Assembly: GCA_003345555.1 (NCBI GenBank) | Contig: PRDJ01000039.1 | Location: forward strand, 46,954-78,953 | Length of the DNA stretch: 32,000 nucleotides | Direction: 5' to 3' | Source of the DNA: Candidatus Thorarchaeota archaeon | GTDB lineage: Archaea; Asgardarchaeota; Thorarchaeia; Thorarchaeales; Thorarchaeaceae | Part shown: positions 1 through 7,257 of the stretch, in pieces | Layout of the letters: each line of letters opens with the position of its first letter | Position numbering within the stretch: position 1 is the first letter of the stretch | Made by a program: the position numbers and the translations under genes | The notes under the pieces: model-generated | Told to the model about the DNA's origin: nothing | What the model saw: the letters and a program-made list of their open reading frames with translations, nothing else | Databases searched by the model: none

Positions 1-17
1 GGGCGCATCCCGTACAG

Positions 18-392
18 ATGCCCAAGTCGATGCCCACGAAACCAGAGGCGCCTGAAGAGCTTCTCGTTGCTGATGAGCTGCGCGATACGATTGCCGCCAA
101 CATCGAGACAGCAAGCAGAGACGAAAAATCATTACAGAGTATTCTCATAGATCGACTGAATTCCATGCGCGATCAACCGGCGAACCAGATGGGGGATCAG
201 GTCGTCAATATCGCTGACGGATTTCATGAGTACCTATTGGAGTCAACAATACGAAGCATCGGAAAGCTGCTGCCGCGTGCTTCACGGGTCTATCTTAAAT
301 CGCCTGAAGAACCCGACCTGATTTATCTCGTGAGCTACGAATACAAGAAGGACGAGATGATGGTTCAAATCGGCAGCAATTTCCTGAGGTGA
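18..392 (+). CDS. Hypothetical protein, probably the 3' end of a gene starting upstream of the window
   Basis: 124-aa ORF; the frame is also open from position 3 to the ATG at 18, so it may be 5'-truncated; stop lies 4 nt before the next ATG (397), suggesting co-transcription. No motif recognised. Confidence 0.65.
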   Translation: MPKSMPTKPEAPEELLVADELRDTIAANIETASRDEKSLQSILIDRLNSMRDQPANQMGDQVVNIADGFHEYLLESTIRSIGKLLPRASRVYLKSPEEPDLIYLVSYEYKKDEMMVQIGSNFLR

Positions 393-396
393 TTCA

Positions 397-2841
397 ATGT
401 CAAGCTCTTGGATACTCAGAACTCGTCAGATGAGTGAAGCTGGAAAGGAAATCCTTCTGAGAGAAGCGCTCGCTTCTCATATGAGGAACACACGCGATCG
501 ACAGTTTGTCGCAGAGCTCCTGAAACAGAGATTGCCTCTGGAAGACATTGTTTGCCTCTTTGCAGCTTATTACCTCACGAGCTATCAAGACGTGAGGCTG
601 AGGGGACATGAATCCTTTGAGAACGTTCCCGGCGAACAGAAGGATCGGGTAGCGGCTGAGTCGCGGAGACTTCTGGAACTGGAGATACGCGGGCTCTTGG
701 GTAACAAACAGAAAGAAGAGATGGACGTTGCAAGACTCATCAGCGAATTCATAGTTGAATTCTGTGATGAAGTCGTGAGACCTGACTCGTCAAACCCTCA
801 GGCAGGGATTGAAGTCACTAAGCTGCTGCAATCGTATGTCAAGAGAATTCCTAATGACTACTCGCCAAACCATCATATCGATTTCATCAATGGTGTTACA
901 GGCTGGGGGTCTATATGGAGAGACGAGATCTATGAGAAGGCATCGGGGCTCAAAGAGTCATCCCTGACGCTCAGAGAGGAGCTGCTTAAGGAGCGTGAGC
1001 CGGAGATACCCGAAACAGCTGTTCTTCTTAGGTGCATTACACGTTTGCTGGGACATACTACGTACCTTCAGGGCCCGTTGAGCCCCGGTGATATCGATAA
1101 TAGCAAGTGGGAGGAGATTGCCCGAGCAGTAACCCAGAATATCGCCAAGAGCGGACAGGGGCTGCAAGCGCTGAGGAAAGCCCATCAGATTCGTCTAGAA
1201 GCTCTTGATGCCATCGAGAGGGAATTTCAAACCCCGACTTCCCTTGAGGAATTCGAGAATCGAGTCGGCGATTTTCTGGCGAAGCGAATTGCCGAGGAGA
1301 TTGCAGCTAATCCAAATGACGCGTACTTTCTCTTGGGGCACTTGCTTGGCCTCAACCCAAATGATGTCAAAGCGGCACTCAGACCGAAAGGAATCGCCAG
1401 CCCAACTGACCTTGTGTCTGGGTTCGGCGCACTGACCGCGGGAGCACCTGAGGATGTTGGGCGCACCCCAGCGGAAAAGGGTGATTTGGAGGACATGGAC
1501 CGCTCGCTGAAAACATTGGACAAGATCGAGCAGACCCTTGAGAAGTCTGTGAAGGGTATGCTTCGTTCCCGCGGTCTCAAGTCTTCCGAACTCGACAAGA
1601 TATCCCTCCAACTTCTCACCAAAGAGCGAAGCAGCCTCATAGGAATCGAGATTGTTGTATTGGAACAGTTGAAGAAGATGGTACGTGTTCCTCCTCCGCA
1701 AGAGATTGCCCGATTAATCAAACTCCGCGAGGACGTACAGAAAGGTGCCCTGACTTCTTCGGGTGTCTCCTCAGGACCACAAGTCAGCCGCCAGCTGAAG
1801 CAAGATGAGACAATCCGTTCTCTTAAGCTGGATATAGTCTGGCACCTGATGATAGGCCTGTTTACGAACCTGACTCGTGTAGTAGAAATGTACGTGCGTT
1901 CCAAGCAGGACATTCTTCGTATCAAAGCGCTTCTCAAAAGCATCTACGAGAAGACCGAGAGTGAATTGCAGGTCTACCGAGAAGAGATACTTTTCGACTT
2001 TGCCATCGTACGAATCCAAGAGATCAAGTGTATTTGCCCTGAGTTGGACACCCTTTCCCTTTGGGCTTGGTTCCATGCGCGGCTGTCAGGCGAGGACATG
2101 GATTCTGCTAAGTCTGAGTTCACTGGTTCGTCAAGTTCTGTGTTTGAGGGCGTGGTCAAAGCCCCTCTCAGAATAGCTGGTCTTGAATTTGATAACTACG
2201 CTATAGCTTTCGACGTGATGAACAGATTCCTAGTGAGGGAGAAAAGGGCAAAGCAGGCTAAGGAAGAGGTTGCGGTAGAGACGAAGCTTGAAGAACAGAA
2301 AATGATAGAAACCAAACGGAAGGAGCTCGACGTCCTCACATTTATCTATACTAAGGCTCACACCGTATTCAAGGCCACGGGCAGGACCGGTCCCAAAGGC
2401 TTGGAATGGACATCAACTGATAGTTCCAAATGTGCGAATCTCCTGAGTCTGTACTTGAGAACCAATCGGGGCCGAGCCATATGCACGGCATGTGGGTCAA
2501 TGGCTAAGGAGGGAACGTGTCCTAATCATGGTTCAGAGCTTGTAAATGCGAGTTCCGACTTGGACAACTTGGCGGTGTTCATAATGCAGGGAATCTCCGA
2601 AATCAAGACTGGCCTTATCGGGCCGTCTGCTGAATCCATGTCGTGGGAGAAAGCGAAGGCCGTCGTGCAGAAAGAAACTAGCTTGCTCAAGCAGAAAGGC
2701 AAGCTTGACAAGAAGGCGAACTTGAAGCTTCTCTTGCCGGGTGAGATAGACTATGTGGTCGGCCCAGCAATGGCGGCCGTCGTGGCGCAGTACTTCAATG
2801 AGTCACTTCAGTATGCCGCTCGTCGGGCACGCTTGGCATGA
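397..2841 (+). CDS. Large, mostly helical hypothetical protein with a C-terminal zinc-ribbon motif
   Basis: 814-aa ORF with typical Glu/Lys/Leu-rich protein composition; CxxC-x8-CxxH motif (AICTACGSMAKEGTCPNHG) near aa 695-713. Confidence 0.85.
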   Translation: MSSSWILRTRQMSEAGKEILLREALASHMRNTRDRQFVAELLKQRLPLEDIVCLFAAYYLTSYQDVRLRGHESFENVPGEQKDRVAAESRRLLELEIRGLLGNKQKEEMDVARLISEFIVEFCDEVVRPDSSNPQAGIEVTKLLQSYVKRIPNDYSPNHHIDFINGVTGWGSIWRDEIYEKASGLKESSLTLREELLKEREPEIPETAVLLRCITRLLGHTTYLQGPLSPGDIDNSKWEEIARAVTQNIAKSGQGLQALRKAHQIRLEALDAIEREFQTPTSLEEFENRVGDFLAKRIAEEIAANPNDAYFLLGHLLGLNPNDVKAALRPKGIASPTDLVSGFGALTAGAPEDVGRTPAEKGDLEDMDRSLKTLDKIEQTLEKSVKGMLRSRGLKSSELDKISLQLLTKERSSLIGIEIVVLEQLKKMVRVPPPQEIARLIKLREDVQKGALTSSGVSSGPQVSRQLKQDETIRSLKLDIVWHLMIGLFTNLTRVVEMYVRSKQDILRIKALLKSIYEKTESELQVYREEILFDFAIVRIQEIKCICPELDTLSLWAWFHARLSGEDMDSAKSEFTGSSSSVFEGVVKAPLRIAGLEFDNYAIAFDVMNRFLVREKRAKQAKEEVAVETKLEEQKMIETKRKELDVLTFIYTKAHTVFKATGRTGPKGLEWTSTDSSKCANLLSLYLRTNRGRAICTACGSMAKEGTCPNHGSELVNASSDLDNLAVFIMQGISEIKTGLIGPSAESMSWEKAKAVVQKETSLLKQKGKLDKKANLKLLLPGEIDYVVGPAMAAVVAQYFNESLQYAARRARLA

Positions 2842-3342
2842 GCCTTTGCGATCTCAATCAAGGAAAAAAACCACTCTTCCTCTCCGTCAGATGGTAACCT
2901 CTGTGCTATTTAATCACCTCAAATCCAGCGCAATCGCAGGACAGTCTCCGCCGTTCTGACCGACAGAAAACGTAGAATATTGTCTGTCGGCAGATTGTGG
3001 GTGAATAGTTGAATTGATTCTCGGTGAATAACCGAAATGAACGTCGAGACAAGACCCGTTGTTCCACCGGACGGTCCTTGGGTCTTCTAAGGAGCACCAA
3101 GGTCAACCTCTGGAATCACATCATTGAGAGATTCGTGAATATTCAAAGCCCCTGGTGCCGGTACCGATTCTGGGACCGGCACACCATCCTCTTTTTTCGT
3201 CTTCAAGTAACTCCGTTGGGCTGATTCATTCTACCAGTTCGCCGATTGTTGTCCTCCTTCCGCATTCTTCACGAATCGCTGCTTTTGTTAGAAGAGGCGG
3301 TTGATCGGCCTATTCCCCTGATAGTCATAGAGCAACGTAACC

Positions 3343-3355
3343 TGAAACTTATATA
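3343..3355 (+). promoter_or_regulatory. Putative BRE/TATA box of the DapA-Fae operon
   Basis: Purine-rich TGAAAC followed by TTATATA (3349-3355), 37 nt upstream of ATG 3393. Confidence 0.55.
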
Positions 3356-3392
3356 CGGCCTTAGGACCGGCTTGGCTGCTGAGTGAATTCAG

Positions 3393-4796
3393 ATGCCTAA
3401 GAAGTTCGTGCCAAGAGGGATAATGCCAGCCCTCATAACGCCATTCGCGAAAGATGGCGAGATAATCGAACAGAGCTTTCGCGAGATTATCGATTACACA
3501 ATTAGCAAAGGAGCCGCCGGAGTCGTACCCGCTGGCACAACGGGCGAGTTCGTTTACATGAATATGGACGAGCGCAAGAAGCTTCTGAGTCTGACAACGG
3601 AATGCGTGAATGGTCGCGTTCCGATTATTGCAGGCACAGGTCAGAGCAGCACTGAAGCAGCTACTGAGCTGACGAAGTACGCGGCAGATATTGGATGCGA
3701 TGCAGCTTTGATCGTTTCTCCCTTCTATTTGAAACCGACTGACAAGGGCTACTACGAGCACTATGCCACTATCGCAAGAAAGAGTGACCTGCCTGTCATA
3801 ATGTATAATATTCCTCAGATGGGCGGTATGGGTGTCCTCCCTGTTAGCGTTGTGGAAGACCTAGCCGAACTGGACAATATCGTAGGCATCAAGGACAGCA
3901 GTGGTAACATAACCTACATGCTGGAACTACTGCAGAAGCTAAAAGGCCGCATTTCTGTGATAAATGGCAATGACGAGATCTTCTTCTCTGCAGTGACTGC
4001 GGGTGTGAACGCCGCAATCATGGCCTCAGCGAACTTGATGCCTCATCTTTGGAATGATCTTTTGAAGAAAGTCCGCAAAGGTGACATTGATGGAGCCCTC
4101 AAGCTTCAGCTCTCGATGCAGACTCTGACTCGAATTGTGACAAGGTATGGAGGTGCTCCGCCAGTCAGGGCAGCACTGAAGATGATGGGAATCGATTCGG
4201 GTAAAGCACGAATGCCACTTAACACAGGTGGGACGTTGACTCCCGAACTTAAGGAGGAAATAAGAGTCGAGCTGGAGAAGCTAGGGCTGATTGGGGGTTC
4301 AAAGCATGTTGGTCCAGCGAAAGAAGTCGACATTAATGGTGTCCTACTAGAGGCCGGATTGAGTGCCGAACAGCAACAAGCCCTCAAGGTCGGACGCGGA
4401 TCGAGTCAAGCTTGTACCGCCAGCGTCGTTTGTGGATCCAAGACCGGTCCCCTGGGATCAGCGTTTGTCCGATTGCTGACGACTCCGCGAATTGGACGCG
4501 AGGCACTATCAGTGATTCTTGAACCGAACTTGGCTGTCAGACCTTCCAGCCTAATGTTGCCGGGCAGAAAGATCAGCTCAATGCGTCAGGCGTCAGTGTT
4601 CTACGGTCCAGTGCAGTCCGGCGCTGCTAGAGCTGTTGCAGGTCACCTAGCTGCTGGCAAGATATCTCCTGACGCGGTTCAAAACAATGTCATGGTGATG
4701 GTGATCGATGTGGACTTGGATACAGTCGACAGAAGAGCAGTCACTGCCGCTACGGAGGTAGCGGTTTCCGCGGCTCTCAGTCAGATTTGGAGGTGA
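3393..4796 (+). CDS. DapA/NanA-family class I aldolase fused to a degenerate Fae (formaldehyde-activating enzyme)-like domain (copy A)
   Basis: N-terminal ~300 aa: PALITPF, GTTGE (3534-3548), VSPFY, MYNIP (Tyr133 equivalent), GIKDSSG with Schiff-base Lys codon AAG at 3891-3893; the DapA Arg138 position is Met. C-terminal ~140 aa (from ~4380) aligns to Fae (GSKTGPLGSAF, VILEPNLAVRPSSLMLP, FYGPVQSGAARAV) but lacks the AHIDL histidine, the FIHW histidine and the terminal HPF. Confidence 0.85.
   Translation: MPKKFVPRGIMPALITPFAKDGEIIEQSFREIIDYTISKGAAGVVPAGTTGEFVYMNMDERKKLLSLTTECVNGRVPIIAGTGQSSTEAATELTKYAADIGCDAALIVSPFYLKPTDKGYYEHYATIARKSDLPVIMYNIPQMGGMGVLPVSVVEDLAELDNIVGIKDSSGNITYMLELLQKLKGRISVINGNDEIFFSAVTAGVNAAIMASANLMPHLWNDLLKKVRKGDIDGALKLQLSMQTLTRIVTRYGGAPPVRAALKMMGIDSGKARMPLNTGGTLTPELKEEIRVELEKLGLIGGSKHVGPAKEVDINGVLLEAGLSAEQQQALKVGRGSSQACTASVVCGSKTGPLGSAFVRLLTTPRIGREALSVILEPNLAVRPSSLMLPGRKISSMRQASVFYGPVQSGAARAVAGHLAAGKISPDAVQNNVMVMVIDVDLDTVDRRAVTAATEVAVSAALSQIWR
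4789..4796 (+). promoter_or_regulatory. Shine-Dalgarno sequence for DapA-Fae copy B, overlapping the copy A stop codon
   Basis: Perfect archaeal SD GGAGGTGA, 6 nt upstream of an in-frame ACG at 4803. Confidence 0.6.
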
Positions 4797-4802
4797 GGAA
4801 AA

Positions 4803-6281
4803 ACGCCTGAAGGATCTTGGCGATTCAAAGGTGTGTACGCCGGACTAGTCACACCGTTTGGTGAGAACGGCGTCAATGAGGCACAATACCGCAATCTGAT
4901 TGAGCATGTTATCAAGGCAGGGGCAAACGGCATTGTTCCCTGCGCATCACTCGGCGAATTCACAAGTATGTCATTTGAGGAGAAAGCTGAAGCTATTCGA
5001 GTCGCATGCGACGCTGCGAAGGGACGGGTGCCGGTGCTTGCGGGTGCATGCGCGGCTTACACTGCCGACGTCGTCAAGCTGTATCTAAAGGCTGCCGAGT
5101 ACGGAGCTTCGGGGGCGTTGGTAGTCTCTCCGTATTTCATGAAGCCTTCCACAAAGGAAATCTATGAACACTATGAGAAGGTTGCGAACTCAGCTGGTCT
5201 CCCAGTATTCCTGTATAATTGTCCACAGTTCACTGGCGTGAACCTCGACTGGTGGCTGATCGAAGGTCTGCGCGAGATCAAGGGCATTATTGGGCTCAGC
5301 GATGCGAGCGGCAACTTGGTCAATGTCTCGCAGATACTCGCTCGTCGGCCAGAGGACTTTCAAGTTGTTGTTGGCCATGATGAAGTCGTTCTGCCGAGTA
5401 TGGCAGCAGGCTGCGATGGAGCTATCCTAGCAACTGCAAATATCTTCCCCGACAGATATGTAAGAATGGCGATTGCTCTAAGTCAAGGCGATCTCAAAGA
5501 GGCTAGACTCATTCAGCGTAGCGTTCAGAGAACCGCGAGAATCGTTGTCAACAAGGGCGGTCCTCTCGCTGTCAAGGCGGCCCTGAATATGATGGGCATC
5601 CCCGTCGGTTCTGCTCGAATGCCTCTCCTACAGGGCGATGTTCTGGGCTATGATGACTTAGATGAACTCAGGACACAGCTGGAAGACCTCCAGCTGATGC
5701 CTAGAGGGTCAGTCACCTACAGGGCGCATGGTCGATCCGTTGTTACGGATGCATATCCGAAGGCTGTGGGAATGAGCAAGGACATCATCGATGACCTCAC
5801 CCTCCTTCATGGAGAAGCTTTGTGTGGGGAGGGATTGGAAGTTGCTCATGTCGATCTGGTTGTGGGACTCAAGGATGGGCCTATGCAGGCTGCCTTGACC
5901 AACGCAGGTATCAAGACCGATGGCTTCCATATGTCCAACATCATCAAGGACCTTCGACCTACGACCGTATTTGCGCCCACGGTGACAATCACCGACGAAC
6001 ATCACAGCAGGCTCGTGTTCGAGTTCGCTCAGAAGGCCGTTGCTGACGCTGTGACAAGGACAATCACAGACCGGATGATTCCCGAGGAGCTTGTGCCAGA
6101 CCTAGTGATTGCTGTGAAAGTGTTCGTCCATCCCAATGCCAACAACCCAAGACGGGTACACATGAACAATTTCCGAGCCACGAGGTTTGCGATAAGGCGA
6201 GCTCTGGAAGGTCGACAATCTGTAGAGGAGGTAGTTGCCCGAAAGGACTCAGCTCGTCATCCATATGGCTACAATCCATGA
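4803..6281 (+). CDS. Catalytically altered DapA-family domain fused to an intact-looking Fae domain (copy B)
   Basis: DapA fold: KGVYAGLVTPF, ASLGE instead of GTTGE, LYNCP, GLSDASG with Ser codon AGC (5298-5300) at the Schiff-base Lys position. Fae domain from ~5796: GEALCGEGLEVAHVDLVVG (His codon 5847-5849), AQKAVADAV, VFVHP, RHPY. The track start (GTG 4833) falls inside the first beta-strand; ACG 4803 gives (M)PEGSWRFKGVY, matching copy A's MPKKFVPRGIM. Confidence 0.85.
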   Translation, partial: TPEGSWRFKGVYAGLVTPFGENGVNEAQYRNLIEHVIKAGANGIVPCASLGEFTSMSFEEKAEAIRVACDAAKGRVPVLAGACAAYTADVVKLYLKAAEYGASGALVVSPYFMKPSTKEIYEHYEKVANSAGLPVFLYNCPQFTGVNLDWWLIEGLREIKGIIGLSDASGNLVNVSQILARRPEDFQVVVGHDEVVLPSMAAGCDGAILATANIFPDRYVRMAIALSQGDLKEARLIQRSVQRTARIVVNKGGPLAVKAALNMMGIPVGSARMPLLQGDVLGYDDLDELRTQLEDLQLMPRGSVTYRAHGRSVVTDAYPKAVGMSKDIIDDLTLLHGEALCGEGLEVAHVDLVVGLKDGPMQAALTNAGIKTDGFHMSNIIKDLRPTTVFAPTVTITDEHHSRLVFEFAQKAVADAVTRTITDRMIPEELVPDLVIAVKVFVHPNANNPRRVHMNNFRATRFAIRRALEGRQSVEEVVARKDSARHPYGYNP

Positions 6282-6378
6282 GCCTACCTCATAGATGTTG
6301 ATATAAGCCAGAAACGCTCGGGAAGATGTAAGCCGGCCATACATCGCCACCATCTCCAATCTACGGCAGGCGAAACGG

Positions 6379-6588
6379 GTGTCGGGACAATACGGTCAGT
6401 CGCTAAAGGATCTACTTGAGCGAATGCATATTTCTGACTCAGAGAAGCTTGTTGCGGAAGGTGAGACCTTAGTGATAGACACGAAAGCAGAACGAATTCT
6501 CCTCTCGCGAAAGGATGGCGTTCTGTCAATCAGGTCTCTTCCTTCACCGGGATCCGGCAGTATTGCTGGAAAGGGTCACAACACTTAG
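6379..6588 (+). CDS. Small hypothetical protein
   Basis: 69-aa GTG-start ORF with globular-looking composition and a TATA-like ATATAAG at ~6301; no family recognised. Confidence 0.4.
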   Translation: MSGQYGQSLKDLLERMHISDSEKLVAEGETLVIDTKAERILLSRKDGVLSIRSLPSPGSGSIAGKGHNT

Positions 6589-6747
6589 TTGGCCGATTGT
6601 TAAGCCAAGTTGTCACCGAAAGTGTGACAATTCGAGAGGCCTTGGCCATCACAGTTGGAATTGGCTCTTCTTTGCCCTTCTTCGCTCTCCGGGAGGTTTC
6701 TGTGCCTGTTTGGGGTATTTATACTTACAGAGCCAGTATTGAGTGAG

Positions 6748-7114
6748 CCAAGCAGATTTGTCTTAGCGTGCTAGCCCAGATTCCGTTGGAGCTCGACAAT
6801 ATGGTTGAAACCCGTTCTGCCAAAGTGGGCCTCCATCAAGGGGACGAGACGGCATGCTTGGCTGGGCCCACAAGGGGGACCAAGACGTTGGCGATCGACA
6901 CCGCCGAAATCAACAGTTGCGTATCTATCTCGAAGGTTCTCCACATCACCTCTTCGAGGGATGGCGGACCTTGTTCGGTTTGTCCTGTGAAAGTGTCTCA
7001 TAGATAGCAACCTGAGAAAGCGGCCGTTTGGTATGGAACGGGTTTCAACCTAACCATTCTGCAGGTCCGGCAGGTCATAAACAACTCTGGTGGCAAGTCT
7101 CAGCCTGCTCTTGG
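6748..7114 (+). ncRNA. Candidate structured non-coding RNA (long rod with multibranched apex); a MITE-like element is the alternative
   Basis: Nested complementary segments: 6754-6762/7092-7100, 6776-6780/7086-7090, a perfect 15-bp pair 6803-6817/7036-7050, 6818-6824/7027-7033, 6825-6831/6865-6871, 6916-6928/7000-7011 (one bulge) and 6929-6935/6952-6958. G-U pairs work only on the + strand. TATA-like TATTTATA at 6716-6723, ~25 nt before the 5' stem. Confidence 0.5.
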
Positions 7115-7257
7115 ATCGTCATTGCTCGGTGCTCAGATAGGGGTAACCGCCTCATCGACCCGCCGTTCTCCACTTGTCTCGCGCTCACCTTATGAAACTG
7201 CCTTTTTCCGTCGCAATCTTCTTAGCGTGCCTAGACTGGTCCCTCACTGATGCAGCG

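Noticed and set aside
2906-3224. Short ORFs 3024-3224 (+) and 2906-3106 (-)
   Set aside because: There is no recognisable motif or SD, they overlap each other, and the region is better explained by hairpins.
4794-4796. Selenocysteine recoding of the in-frame TGA
   Set aside because: The TGA falls in an inter-domain linker rather than at a catalytic Cys position, it is part of a perfect SD, and I recognised no SECIS. It is kept only as an unlikely alternative.
6803-7050. CRISPR repeat (GTTGAAAC resembles repeat ends)
   Set aside because: There are only two copies, they are inverted rather than direct, there are no spacers, and no cas genes are present.
6748-7114. Assignment as RNase P RNA, SRP RNA, hammerhead or group II intron
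   Set aside because: The diagnostic motifs (GAGGAAAGUCC/ACAGAA..GGCUU; CAGG..GNRA..AGCA; CUGAnGA...GAAA; domain V AGC triad hairpin) were not found in the right context on either strand.
6761-7230. 11-bp direct repeat TCTTAGCGTGC (6761-6771, 7220-7230) as a target-site duplication
   Set aside because: The enclosed ends are not inverted repeats, and an 11-mer pair within a few hundred bp is expected by chance a few times in 32 kb.
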